The notes beneath the pieces were generated by a model. The model was not told the origin of the DNA and ran no database searches. It saw nothing but the letters and a program-made list of their open reading frames with translations. A DNA stretch of 64,000 nucleotides from an uncultured Chitinophagales bacterium (lineage in GTDB: Bacteria; Bacteroidota; Bacteroidia; Chitinophagales; BACL12). This document shows positions 21,872 to 32,381 of this stretch, piece after piece; the stretch's first letter is position 1; each line of letters begins with the position of its first letter. Position numbers and translations under genes: made by a program. Where the stretch lies: NCBI GenBank assembly GCA_964463165.1, contig CAYXBK010000010.1:29648-93647 (forward strand), in the 5' to 3' direction.

Positions 21872-24754
21872 GTGAAGAAAAAAATTGAACAGATTCCGGA
21901 GATAAGCGAACAGGATATTCAATATCTTGATGTTACAGGTGCAAGGGTTCACAATCTGAAAAATTTATCTGTTTCAATTCCCCGCAACAGTCTTGTTGTA
22001 ATTACGGGTGTGAGCGGCAGCGGTAAAAGTTCTCTTGCTTTTGATACGATTTATGCCGAAGGGCAGCGTCGCTATATGGAAAGTTTTTCTGCATATGCAC
22101 GCCAATTCATCGGCACAATGGAGCGCCCGGATGTCGATAATATCACCGGTCTTTCACCTGTTATTTCAATTGAACAGAAAACCACAAATAAAAATCCGCG
22201 TTCAACTGTTGGAACCGTAACTGAAATTTATGATTTCATGCGCCTGTTATTTGCACGTGCCAGCGATGCATACAGTTATGTGACCGGAGAAAAAATGGTG
22301 CGCTTCACAGAAGAACAGATCGTTCAGAATATTTTAAATAAATTCAGCGGGAAGCGCATTGTATTGCTTGCGCCGATTGTGCGTGGAAGGAAAGGACATT
22401 ACAGGGAATTGTTCGAGCAGATCAGGAAACAGGGTTATTTAAAAGTGCGCATCGACGGAGAAATAAAAGATTTACTTCCGAAAATGCAGGTCGACAGATA
22501 TAAGATTCACGATATTGAAATTGTGATCGACAGATTTAAAGTTGATGCGGAAGATACATATCGGATTCAGCAAAGTGTTGCACAGGCATTGAAAGCAGGA
22601 AAGAATTTTATTATGGTGGTTGATACGGATAAAAATTCCGTCTTTAATTATTCAAAAAAATTAATGTGCCCCTCTTCAGGTATTTCTTATGAAGAGCCCT
22701 CACCCAATACATTCTCATTTAATTCACCCTATGGTGCCTGCACAAAATGCAAAGGGCTCGGTGTTGTTTATGAAGTGAGCCCTGAAAGATTAATACCGGA
22801 TGCTTCCAAAACAATTAATAACGGAGGAATTGTTCCGCTCGGTGAATACCGCGACAATGCATTATTCAAACAGGCAAAAGCAATCGCCTCAAAATATAAA
22901 TTCACGTTATCTACTCCAATAAAAGATATTCCGAAAAAAGGATTGAATGTTATTTTATACGGGTCGGAAATGAATGCAGCTGAAGATGGCGAAATTGAAA
23001 TTTCAGCAGTGGATTTCGACAGATGGTATACATTGGAACATGGCGGATTATCCGGATTGATCAAGCGCTGCTTTTCGGATTCCATTTCCGAAAATATGCG
23101 CAGATGGGCTGAAGACTTTATGGAAAAAGCAACCTGTGATGAATGCAATGGTACACGATTAAAAAAAGAATCACTTTATTTTAAAGTTGCAGAAAAAAAT
23201 ATTTCGGAATTAGCCGCACTTGATATAAAAGATTTGCTGGATTGGTTCGAACATGTTGACGGAAAATTATCTGCAAAACAAAAATTAATTGCAAAAGATA
23301 TTTTAAAAGAGATCCGCTCACGCATCGGATTTATTAAAAATGTAGGCCTCGATTATTTATCGCTCGACCGCCCGACAAGAACATTAAGCGGTGGAGAATC
23401 TCAGCGCATCAGGCTGGCTACGCAAATCGGATCTCAATTGGTTGGTATCACATATATTCTGGATGAACCGAGTATCGGATTACATCAGCGTGATAACAGA
23501 AAATTAATTGAGGCATTACACGAATTGCGGGATGCGGGAAATACGGTGCTTGTAGTGGAACATGATAAGGATATGATGATGCATGCCGATCATGTAATTG
23601 ATCTTGGTCCGGGAGCAGGTATTCACGGAGGTAAATTAGTTGGTGAAGGAACACCTCTGAAATTCAGCAAACAAAATTCTCTTACCGCTGCCTATTTGCG
23701 GAATGAAAAAAAGATCGCCGTTCCGGAAACAAGGAGAAAAGGAAACGGAAAAGAAATTGTGTTGCAGGGCGCAACGGGGCATAACCTGAAAAATCTTTCA
23801 TTGCATTTTCCACTTGGAAAATTAATTTGTGTAACCGGAGTTTCCGGATCGGGTAAATCAAGTTTGATCAACGGTACTTTATTTCCGATCATGCAGAATT
23901 ATTATTATAATTCATTAAAGAAACCACTGCCCTATAAAAAAATCGACGGATTAAAATTTATTGACAAAGTAATTGAAATAGATCAGTCGCCGATCGGACG
24001 AACACCCCGTTCGAATCCGGTGACATATATTGATGTGTTTTCGGAGATCAGAAATTTATTTGCAATTATTCCGGAGGCAAAAATTCGCGGGTATAAAGCC
24101 GGCAGGTTTTCATTTAATGTAAAAGGCGGGAGATGCGAAACCTGTGAAGGCGGCGGGATGAAAGTAATTGAAATGAATTTTCTTCCCGATGTATATGTGG
24201 AATGTGAAAAATGCCGGGGAAAAAGATATAACCGGGAAACACTCGAAATTTATTACAAAGGAAAAAATATTGCGGATGTGCTTGACTTAACTGTTGATCA
24301 TGCAGTTGATTTTTTTGAAAATCATCCACGTATTTATAAAAAAATAAAAACACTGCAGGAAGTGGGATTGGGTTATATCCGTCTTGGACAATCATCCACA
24401 ACACTCAGCGGTGGTGAAGCGCAACGTGTAAAACTTGCGGAAGAATTATCAAGAAAAGATACCGGAAATACATTTTATATTCTGGATGAGCCGACTACCG
24501 GTTTGCATTTTGAAGATATCAGGGTTTTGATGGGTGTGATCGACAGTTTGGTAGACAAGGGTAATACCGTTTTAATTATTGAACATAATCTCGATGTAAT
24601 TAAACTTGCTGATTATATAATTGATCTCGGCCCTGAAGGAGGGAAAGGAGGCGGCAATATTATTTGCAGAGGCACTCCTGAAGAAATCATAAAAGAAAAA
24701 AGCAGTTATACCGGAAAATACCTGAAGGAAGAACTCGCATTTTCAAAATCCTAG
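21872..24754 (+). CDS. uvrA: Excinuclease ABC subunit A
   Basis: 960 aa. Two ABC modules (GVSGSGKSSL twice, LSGGE.QR twice) and zinc-finger Cys clusters (CPSSG...CTKCKGLG; CETCEGGG...CEKCRGKRY). Confidence 0.97.
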   Translation: MKKKIEQIPEISEQDIQYLDVTGARVHNLKNLSVSIPRNSLVVITGVSGSGKSSLAFDTIYAEGQRRYMESFSAYARQFIGTMERPDVDNITGLSPVISIEQKTTNKNPRSTVGTVTEIYDFMRLLFARASDAYSYVTGEKMVRFTEEQIVQNILNKFSGKRIVLLAPIVRGRKGHYRELFEQIRKQGYLKVRIDGEIKDLLPKMQVDRYKIHDIEIVIDRFKVDAEDTYRIQQSVAQALKAGKNFIMVVDTDKNSVFNYSKKLMCPSSGISYEEPSPNTFSFNSPYGACTKCKGLGVVYEVSPERLIPDASKTINNGGIVPLGEYRDNALFKQAKAIASKYKFTLSTPIKDIPKKGLNVILYGSEMNAAEDGEIEISAVDFDRWYTLEHGGLSGLIKRCFSDSISENMRRWAEDFMEKATCDECNGTRLKKESLYFKVAEKNISELAALDIKDLLDWFEHVDGKLSAKQKLIAKDILKEIRSRIGFIKNVGLDYLSLDRPTRTLSGGESQRIRLATQIGSQLVGITYILDEPSIGLHQRDNRKLIEALHELRDAGNTVLVVEHDKDMMMHADHVIDLGPGAGIHGGKLVGEGTPLKFSKQNSLTAAYLRNEKKIAVPETRRKGNGKEIVLQGATGHNLKNLSLHFPLGKLICVTGVSGSGKSSLINGTLFPIMQNYYYNSLKKPLPYKKIDGLKFIDKVIEIDQSPIGRTPRSNPVTYIDVFSEIRNLFAIIPEAKIRGYKAGRFSFNVKGGRCETCEGGGMKVIEMNFLPDVYVECEKCRGKRYNRETLEIYYKGKNIADVLDLTVDHAVDFFENHPRIYKKIKTLQEVGLGYIRLGQSSTTLSGGEAQRVKLAEELSRKDTGNTFYILDEPTTGLHFEDIRVLMGVIDSLVDKGNTVLIIEHNLDVIKLADYIIDLGPEGGKGGGNIICRGTPEEIIKEKSSYTGKYLKEELAFSKS

Positions 24755-24772
24755 TTACACGCTTCTGAAATC

Positions 24773-27178
24773 TTACCAGAATTTTGCATTCATTCCAAAA
24801 AACCTTTTCCAGAAAGGTTGCTGGGGTATTGAATCATCATAATAATCGTTATAACCTGAATAACCATATCCATAACCATAACCGTAACCATATGCGGTTC
24901 CGCTTGCATCGGCATCATTCACAATGATGGTGAGATTCGTTAGCTGATTATCGTGATATAAGCGGTTAATATTTCCAATGAAATTGCGTTTCGAATAATT
25001 TGCACGCACAATATAAATAGACAGATCCACTTTCGACATTAAAGGCAGTGAATCGGAAACAACACCCACCGGCGGACTATCAATCAATACCATATCATAA
25101 TGTTCTTTCGCATAATTCAGCAATTCATCTGAAGATTTTGATATAAGTAATTCGGCAGGATTTGGAGGAACAGGACCCGCAATTAATATATCCGGCCCGT
25201 ATTCAGGAATATGCTGAATGCATTCCTGCATGCTGTGTTTTTTAATCAGAATGGTACTTACGCCTTTATCGTTTTTCAATCCGAATGCTTTATGCACTTT
25301 TGGTTTGCGCAAATCAAAATCGATAAGCAAAACTTTTTTCCCGGTGGCACTGATCACGCTGGCAAGATTTAATGCCGTAAATGTTTTTCCTTCACCACTC
25401 ACAGTTGAAGTAATTGCAATCAGGTGATGCGCTTCATAATTGCGCAGAAAATATTGCATATTACTCCTGATCGCCCTGAATGCTTCTGCAATATGTGATT
25501 TCGGATTTCGTGTAACAACAACTTCCGGTAAATCAGATTTCACTTTCGAATATTTCGGCAGGATACCCAGCATCGGAACAGTGGTTGCTTTTTCCACATC
25601 AGGAACTCCTATGATAATATTATGAAGAAGGAATTTAAAATAAACATGCGCAAAACTTAATCCGAGTCCCACGAGTAAACAAATTCCCCAGATCTTTGCC
25701 TTCACAGGCGCAACAAGTCCTCCGGGTTGGGCCGTATCCAGAATTTCGTAATCGGATGTCATTCCCGCAAGTGTGATCTCATATTCGGATTGTTTTTCAA
25801 GCAGGAGGAGATAATATTTTTCTTTTAAATCATTTAATCTTGTGAGCCTCGCAAATTCAGATTGTTTTTCAGGAAGCGATAAAAATTCAGATTCATATTT
25901 TTCTTCTTCACTGTCGAGATACGTTTTTCTCACATCCAATTTGGCCTGGGCATTTGTAATTGCATTTTTAAAATTGACCTTGATTTCATCCATCTGATGC
26001 ATAATTGAGATCAACCGCGGGTCGCTTGCAGAAACAGTAATACCCAAATCTTCTTTTTGTTTTTTTAATTCAACGAGTGAATTGATATATGGAGAGAAGT
26101 CGTTAAATTTCAAATCGCCAAAATAATTTGTCAATGCTTCTATATCATTATTGATATTCCCTGCAAAATCTTCCAGCCATTTTAAACTTTTTTCTTCCAG
26201 CATTACATCAAACTGTTCTTTATCGATATCGCTGAGTTTTGTAACAATATTCGATTCGGCCAGGTCGGGGTTGATAAGCTGGTTGTCTTTCTTGAAATTT
26301 TTGAGAATATTTTCCTGATCGTATAATTGTTTTTCAAGTGAATCGATCTGTTCCTGAATAAAGAGAATGATCATTTCAGCACTTTTGGCTTTTCTGCGGA
26401 TGCTTTCATCAACGATTTCTTCTGCAACTGCATTCACCACATCCCGCGATTTATACTTATTCGGGTTTCGGTAATACACAACAATTTTTCCGCCATACAT
26501 GTTCTCCACATCAATATTGATATGACTTTCAATTTCAGATGCTGCCGCCGTTATGTTATTGATCGTAAAATAATAACCGCTTTCCCAATCTTTTTCGTCG
26601 TCTTTCGTAAGCTTTGCAGTAATATTAAATGCCGGTGTGTTATAGCTTTTATTAAATTCAAAATTATGCATGCGCTCTGCACCATTGTAATAATATGTAA
26701 GTGTATATGAATTTTTATTTTGAATTTCAAAATTGATATGTGTTCCGATAATGGAAGAGTCGATTACCTGCACATCAAATCTTGCAGGGCTTTGAATATA
26801 TATTTCTCCCGATTTTACCCGTTCTTTAATAAAATAGGAGACCTGCAGCTGCAGGCTTTTCAATGCTTCAATTTTATACCCTTTTGATTTCAAAATGGTC
26901 ATTTCCTCATTCAGCCGGTCGATATTCGGTTTTGAAACAAGAATGCCAAGGTCAATTGCATTTTCTTTCGACCGGTCTTTAAACTGCACATCTGCATGTG
27001 ATTCATAAACAGGAGTTGCATACCGGTCGTATAAATATGCAAATACGATTGCAAGAATAAAATAGATGATGATCCACCAGCGGCTCAACCAGCCGATGGT
27101 TAAAAACAATTTCCAGTTAAAAGAATTTTCTTCCTGTTGTTCGGCACCATTTAATATAGGATCATTTCCACCAGACAT
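24773..27178 (-). CDS. wzc: Polysaccharide co-polymerase / tyrosine autokinase (Wzc-like BY-kinase)
   Basis: 801 aa. Two TM segments flank a long coiled-coil periplasmic region. C-terminal P-loop kinase (SGEGKTFTALNLA; LIDFDLRKP; VLIDSPP) and a Tyr-rich tail GYGYGYGYGYSGYNDYYDD. Confidence 0.9.
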   Translation of the reverse strand: MSGGNDPILNGAEQQEENSFNWKLFLTIGWLSRWWIIIYFILAIVFAYLYDRYATPVYESHADVQFKDRSKENAIDLGILVSKPNIDRLNEEMTILKSKGYKIEALKSLQLQVSYFIKERVKSGEIYIQSPARFDVQVIDSSIIGTHINFEIQNKNSYTLTYYYNGAERMHNFEFNKSYNTPAFNITAKLTKDDEKDWESGYYFTINNITAAASEIESHINIDVENMYGGKIVVYYRNPNKYKSRDVVNAVAEEIVDESIRRKAKSAEMIILFIQEQIDSLEKQLYDQENILKNFKKDNQLINPDLAESNIVTKLSDIDKEQFDVMLEEKSLKWLEDFAGNINNDIEALTNYFGDLKFNDFSPYINSLVELKKQKEDLGITVSASDPRLISIMHQMDEIKVNFKNAITNAQAKLDVRKTYLDSEEEKYESEFLSLPEKQSEFARLTRLNDLKEKYYLLLLEKQSEYEITLAGMTSDYEILDTAQPGGLVAPVKAKIWGICLLVGLGLSFAHVYFKFLLHNIIIGVPDVEKATTVPMLGILPKYSKVKSDLPEVVVTRNPKSHIAEAFRAIRSNMQYFLRNYEAHHLIAITSTVSGEGKTFTALNLASVISATGKKVLLIDFDLRKPKVHKAFGLKNDKGVSTILIKKHSMQECIQHIPEYGPDILIAGPVPPNPAELLISKSSDELLNYAKEHYDMVLIDSPPVGVVSDSLPLMSKVDLSIYIVRANYSKRNFIGNINRLYHDNQLTNLTIIVNDADASGTAYGYGYGYGYGYSGYNDYYDDSIPQQPFWKRFFGMNAKFW

Positions 27179-27186
27179 GCAATAAT

Positions 27187-27972
27187 TTACTTTGAATTTA
27201 TATTTGAGAAATAAGCGTAAATCACAACCACACTTGTTGCAACTGACACGATCGGAGCAATTTGTTCGAAGAAACGCGGATTTAATGCAGGTTCAATATA
27301 TATCACGTCGTTCGGCCGTACATATTTATTTGCTTCATACATACCATCCATTTCCGATAAATCGATAGCCTGCACCAGAATGCTGTCGCCTGTATTTCTG
27401 ATTACTTTAATATGTGATGGTTTTGCATCCTGCGGAACTCCGCCTGCAATTCCTATCACTTCAATAACCGTCATATCCGGCCTTGTCAGGATTACTTCTT
27501 TTGCATCTGAACTGCCGCGGTAAACTGTTGCTGTTTTTGTGGAAGTCAATTGCATATTTACGAAAGGATTCACATAATTGCTTTCGTACAATGTCATCAG
27601 TTTTTTTTCTGCTTCGTTTTCTGTCAGTCCTGCAAGATTGATAAATCCCAGAATCGGAATATTCGCTTCACCTGTTTGTGAAACCGTGTATTGCAATGAA
27701 TATGTGGCTTCAGCCTGCTGCGAATTACCCTGAAAAATGATTTGCGGCTGAATTAAATTATAGCCCTTTTCAGGATATACGAATAATTCAAACTGATCGC
27801 CCGGTGCCAGCGTAAAATCTTTCGGTACCGAATCCAGAAATGTCTGATATTGATATTCTTTATCGGTATCAAACATCCTGTTCGGATACATGACACTGCA
27901 GGCATGAAGTAATGGAATGAATAAAATCAACAGACTTTTATAACTCGTCGTCTTGAGCATTTTGAAATTCAT
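27187..27972 (-). CDS. wza: Outer-membrane polysaccharide export lipoprotein (Wza-like)
   Basis: Lipoprotein signal LLILFIPLLHAC. Poly_export-like PGDQFELFVYP and SLBB-like segment. Sits immediately upstream of wzc. Confidence 0.8.
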   Translation of the reverse strand: MNFKMLKTTSYKSLLILFIPLLHACSVMYPNRMFDTDKEYQYQTFLDSVPKDFTLAPGDQFELFVYPEKGYNLIQPQIIFQGNSQQAEATYSLQYTVSQTGEANIPILGFINLAGLTENEAEKKLMTLYESNYVNPFVNMQLTSTKTATVYRGSSDAKEVILTRPDMTVIEVIGIAGGVPQDAKPSHIKVIRNTGDSILVQAIDLSEMDGMYEANKYVRPNDVIYIEPALNPRFFEQIAPIVSVATSVVVIYAYFSNINSK

Positions 27973-28085
27973 CTATGCGTGTTTCATTTACAATCAAACT
28001 TCTCCAAATCCATTGTTCCGTAGTTTTTCAGGATCTGTTTGCCAACAAATATAATCAACCCTGCCTGAAATCATTGAAGAGCGTC

Positions 28086-30056
28086 TTAAATGACGTGTGA
28101 ATGATCGGGCCGGGTTGCAGAATTCGAATCGGTTGATCCGGCTTTAACATGCAGATCGGGAATCATGGCCTTTAAGCTCAGTAAAACCCCCGCCTGATCC
28201 GATGCAATTAATGCTGCCCAGAGTTGATCCATACAGTTTGTAAACCATTCCGGATCATATTCGGCTGTTTTGGCTATTTTAATTTTATGGTGATGCGTTG
28301 GCAATACATTTTCATTATCACCAAGTAATTCTTCATGCAATTTTTCTCCCGGACGCAATCCCGTATAAACGAATTCAATATCTTTTTCAGGAATCAGACC
28401 GCTCAGTAAAATCATTTTTCTTGCCAGATCGATAATTTTTACCGGGGCACCCATATCAAATAAATAAATTTCACTCGATTTTCCCATTGTTGCCGCTTCG
28501 AGTACTAATTGGCAGGCTTCCGAAATTGTCATGAAATAGCGGGTTACTTCGGGATCGGTAATCGTAACCGGTCCGCCTGTTTCAATTTGTTTTTTAAAGT
28601 AAATCACAACCGAGCCGTTGCTGCCTAATACATTGCCGAAACGGGTTGTGATAAAAGTAGTTTTATAGGCGTTGCTTTTCGAACGGTATTGTGCATAGAT
28701 CTCTGCGGCACGTTTTGTTGCACCCATCACATTCACCGGATTCACTGCTTTATCCGTGGAGATCATCACAAATTTTTCTACCGCATGTTCAATTGAAAGA
28801 TCGATCAGGTTTTTCGATCCGAATACATTTACATTTACTGCTTCCAATGGATTAGATTCCATCAGCGGTACATGTTTATAGGCAGCTGCGTGAAAAACAA
28901 TCTGCGGTTGAAACTGATCATAAATGGATTTTAACCGCGGAAGATGGGTAATATCGCAAACAATAAATTCAACTGCATGGAATGGTAGTTGCGATAATTT
29001 AAAATATAATTCCATCTGCAGATCATATAAATCCGATTCCGCCTGATCGATCAATATTAACTGCCGGGGTTGATAATGTAAAACCTGTCTTACGATCTCG
29101 CTGCCGATTGAACCGGCTGCACCTGTAATGAGAATTATTTTATTATTGAGTTCCTGGAAAATTTTTTCATTTTCGATCATGATCGGTTCACGATTCAACA
29201 GATCTTCAATATGTAAATGACGGATCTGTTGTATAGAGAGTTTGCCATTGATCCAATCATCAACCGGGGGTGTATTTTTTACAATGATATGGTTGTTGAG
29301 GCATAAATCAATAAATTCATTTTGCTGCGGCCCGGCAGGGTTTTGCATGCTGATGATCAATTCATTGATGCCGAATTTTTTGTGGAGCTCGAGAAATCTT
29401 GATACGGGATAAATCTTAACACCTTCAATTGTTTTATTTATTTTAGAAGGATTGTCGTCCAGAAATCCAATTACCTGGTAATTTGTTTTTACATCATCCC
29501 GCAAAGCATGAAATACACTCACGCCTCTTCTGCCTGCACCATAAATAACAACAACAACTGGTTGATTTTTATTTTTTGATGAACTGTAAAATAATACTTT
29601 AATAATATATCTGCTGATTGAAAGCGCCGAAACGGTCATCACAACATGAATAATTGCAATGGATGCCGGCAATAATGCAATTTGCTCTCCTACATAACGA
29701 CTGACGATGGATAATGCGAGGCAAATTGTCAGTGCAAATAATCCTGCTTTAATAAGTCGTGTGATATCTGCAATCCCGCTATGGCGGATAATACCGTCGT
29801 ACGATTTAAAAATTAAAAAGGAAAGTGCGAAAATTCCGGCAGTAAGTGCTGTATCCTGAACAAAATATCCGAATGAAATTGTGGAAATATTAAAATTAAA
29901 CCGTAAAACATACGCAACCCAGTACGTGAAAATGGTAATCACAATATCAAAACAGAGTACGATCCATTTTGAAAGGATACGTGTCCCGAATGTGCGGTTT
30001 ATATAATTGCGAAAATTTTGCTTCACGCCGGATGATGTGGTATGCTCAAAAGTCAC
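28086..30056 (-). CDS. Membrane-anchored nucleotide-sugar 4,6-dehydratase (CapD/PglF-like)
   Basis: 656 aa. Four N-terminal TM segments, then SDR domains (VIYGAGRRG; ITGAAGSIGSE; HAAAYKHVP). Confidence 0.85.
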   Translation of the reverse strand: MTFEHTTSSGVKQNFRNYINRTFGTRILSKWIVLCFDIVITIFTYWVAYVLRFNFNISTISFGYFVQDTALTAGIFALSFLIFKSYDGIIRHSGIADITRLIKAGLFALTICLALSIVSRYVGEQIALLPASIAIIHVVMTVSALSISRYIIKVLFYSSSKNKNQPVVVVIYGAGRRGVSVFHALRDDVKTNYQVIGFLDDNPSKINKTIEGVKIYPVSRFLELHKKFGINELIISMQNPAGPQQNEFIDLCLNNHIIVKNTPPVDDWINGKLSIQQIRHLHIEDLLNREPIMIENEKIFQELNNKIILITGAAGSIGSEIVRQVLHYQPRQLILIDQAESDLYDLQMELYFKLSQLPFHAVEFIVCDITHLPRLKSIYDQFQPQIVFHAAAYKHVPLMESNPLEAVNVNVFGSKNLIDLSIEHAVEKFVMISTDKAVNPVNVMGATKRAAEIYAQYRSKSNAYKTTFITTRFGNVLGSNGSVVIYFKKQIETGGPVTITDPEVTRYFMTISEACQLVLEAATMGKSSEIYLFDMGAPVKIIDLARKMILLSGLIPEKDIEFVYTGLRPGEKLHEELLGDNENVLPTHHHKIKIAKTAEYDPEWFTNCMDQLWAALIASDQAGVLLSLKAMIPDLHVKAGSTDSNSATRPDHSHVI

Positions 30057-30191
30057 TGATTAAAATCTGCCGGAGTACGATGGATTTTATGCAAATCGTT
30101 GGAGCGAAATACCGCGGCAGCTCTTAATTTCTATCAAAATTTTTACATTTTTCCCAAACTTCCAAGTTTTAGCTGCAAATAAACGAATTCA

Positions 30192-31337
30192 TTATTTTTC
30201 TTTGATTGTTTGGATGATGGTTGAACAGATTCGTTCATGTTCCGTTTCGGTGAGATTTGAGCCCGATGGCAGGCAAATACCGCGGGCAAACAGCGAGGCG
30301 CTGTTGCCATTCAAAAAGGAAGGATATTTTTCAAAAATTGGTTGAAGATGCAGTGGTTTCCAAAGCGGTCTTGATTCAATATTCTGCTGTTCGAGGGCAA
30401 TTCTTATTTTTCCGGGTGTGATGCCTGCTTTTTTTTCATCAATCAGGCAAGCGGTCAGCCAGCGATTACTGAAATGTCCCGTTGGTTCGTCATTGAATTC
30501 AAAACCGTCAATTTCAGATAAGGCTTTTTGATATAACTGATAATTTTTTCGTCGTTGATTTACTCTTTCATCGATAACGGTCATCTGGCCTCTCCCGATG
30601 GCTGCACAAATATTACTTAAACGGTAATTGTATCCGATTTGCGAATGCTGATAATGTGGTGCAGCATCGCGGGCCTGCGTTGCCAAAAATTTTGCCTGCC
30701 GGATATAATTTTCGTCATTCGATATAATTGCACCTCCACCCGAGGTTGTAATAATTTTATTGCCGTTGAAGGATAAAATTCCCATAACGCCTGTTGTGCC
30801 TGTCGGTTTATTTTTATACAAGGCACCAAGTGATTCTGCAGCATCTTCGATTATTGGGATATCAAATTCATTCGCAACCGAAAATATTTCATCTATTTTA
30901 GCTGGCATGCCATAGAGATGCACGAGTATGATCGCTTTCGGTTTTTTATTTTTTGATAAACAATATTGAACAGCTTCCCTCAATAAAGCAGGATCCATAT
31001 TCCATGTTTCTTTTTCGCTGTCAACAAAAACAGGAATTCCTTTTTGATATACGATCGGATTTGCAGATGCGGAAAATGTGAGCGACGGACAAATTACAAA
31101 ATCATCCTGCTCAATATCCAGCATAATTAAGGCAAGATGTAATGCTGCGGTTCCCGAACTGAGTGCCGCAGATGATTTCACTTGTAAATAATCAGAAATA
31201 TCTTTTTCAAATCCTTCCACATAAGGCCCGAGTGGTGCAATCCAGTTTGAATTGAATGCATCTGAAACAAATTCAATTTCCTTCCCGCACATATGCGGTG
31301 GCGACAACCATATTTTCTTATCTGAATTTTCTGCCAT
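30192..31337 (-). CDS. DegT/DnrJ/EryC1-family PLP aminotransferase (PglE-like)
   Basis: 381 aa. SSGTAALHLAL, DAAESLG, and ILSFNGNKIITTSGGGAI with the PLP lysine. Confidence 0.85.
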   Translation of the reverse strand: MAENSDKKIWLSPPHMCGKEIEFVSDAFNSNWIAPLGPYVEGFEKDISDYLQVKSSAALSSGTAALHLALIMLDIEQDDFVICPSLTFSASANPIVYQKGIPVFVDSEKETWNMDPALLREAVQYCLSKNKKPKAIILVHLYGMPAKIDEIFSVANEFDIPIIEDAAESLGALYKNKPTGTTGVMGILSFNGNKIITTSGGGAIISNDENYIRQAKFLATQARDAAPHYQHSQIGYNYRLSNICAAIGRGQMTVIDERVNQRRKNYQLYQKALSEIDGFEFNDEPTGHFSNRWLTACLIDEKKAGITPGKIRIALEQQNIESRPLWKPLHLQPIFEKYPSFLNGNSASLFARGICLPSGSNLTETEHERICSTIIQTIKEK

Positions 31338-32381
31338 TTATTTTAATCTGTATAAAGGAAAATAATTTAAATCGGTATTTGAAACATTCGCTGTCTGTTT
31401 TTTTACAAGTGCATTATATTCTTCCTGCATAACAATACAGCGCACTGTTGAAAAATCAAGTGTATGTCGTCCGAACCCTTTTTTAAATTCAAAAAGCGAA
31501 TCTTTTGATGATCCTACACCACCACCGAGATGCAAGGTGTGAAAACCAAGTTCTGCAAAATAATGGATTGCAATATCAAATACAAGTTTTGAAGGTGCCA
31601 TTTTTCTGTATGTACTAAATGTGCCTCCCAGATGATATTGGACAAATTCACCATAGGTCATAAATAATGCACCGGTTGTATATTGATTTTGTTTATCATA
31701 CACATTGATAATATGCAGATTGGACCCCAGGCTGTTTTTCAATGCATTAAAATAGGATGGTTCAAAAAAGTAGAGTGATGCAGCGTTTACATGCTCCATA
31801 GTTTCTTTATAGGCTGATTGAAATAAGGAATAATCCTCCCAATTATTTATGCGCCCGTAAAAATCATGTTGTTTCAATGCTTTCACACCTCTTGTGTGGC
31901 TCGAACTATAATGCATAACAATTTCCTCTGAACTTTCTTTCAAATTTGTAAAGACTGTTTTTCCATGCATGAGCTGTACGATTGAGCTGGTATTCTGAAT
32001 TTTAATCTGATTATAATAGGGATGCAGTCTTATAAAAATGGAGACGATATTTTCGAGAGATGCAACCTGCAGAACCGCACTAAAAAAATCTTGCATTTGC
32101 TCCTCCGACGGGATCTCTGAAAACACAATACCGGGATATCCGTAACTGCTTTTTGCATCGAATAATTTTTTGCTGCCTGACAATTCATTGGGAATAGAAC
32201 TCAGCAAAACAGGAAGTGCAATGGAAATATCCTCAGTTTCATATAAAAAGAACCAGGGTTCTGTTTTTGTTCGTTCAGCCTCAAGTGCACTATAGGCATA
32301 TGTTTGATAGATGTCTTTGAGCAGGAGACCATGCTTTGTCAGATCATTGTCGGAGGAATATTTAAGAAATCTGCAGGTCAT
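31338..32381 (-). CDS. FemAB-like / Acetyltransf_6-type GNAT-fold protein (possible acyl- or aminoacyl-transferase)
   Basis: 347 aa. The C-terminal region YHLGGTFSTYRKMAPSKLVFDIAIHYFAELGFHTLHLGGGVG...FEFKKGFG resembles the FemAB/BioF2-like acetyltransferase family. Confidence 0.55.
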   Translation of the reverse strand: MTCRFLKYSSDNDLTKHGLLLKDIYQTYAYSALEAERTKTEPWFFLYETEDISIALPVLLSSIPNELSGSKKLFDAKSSYGYPGIVFSEIPSEEQMQDFFSAVLQVASLENIVSIFIRLHPYYNQIKIQNTSSIVQLMHGKTVFTNLKESSEEIVMHYSSSHTRGVKALKQHDFYGRINNWEDYSLFQSAYKETMEHVNAASLYFFEPSYFNALKNSLGSNLHIINVYDKQNQYTTGALFMTYGEFVQYHLGGTFSTYRKMAPSKLVFDIAIHYFAELGFHTLHLGGGVGSSKDSLFEFKKGFGRHTLDFSTVRCIVMQEEYNALVKKQTANVSNTDLNYFPLYRLK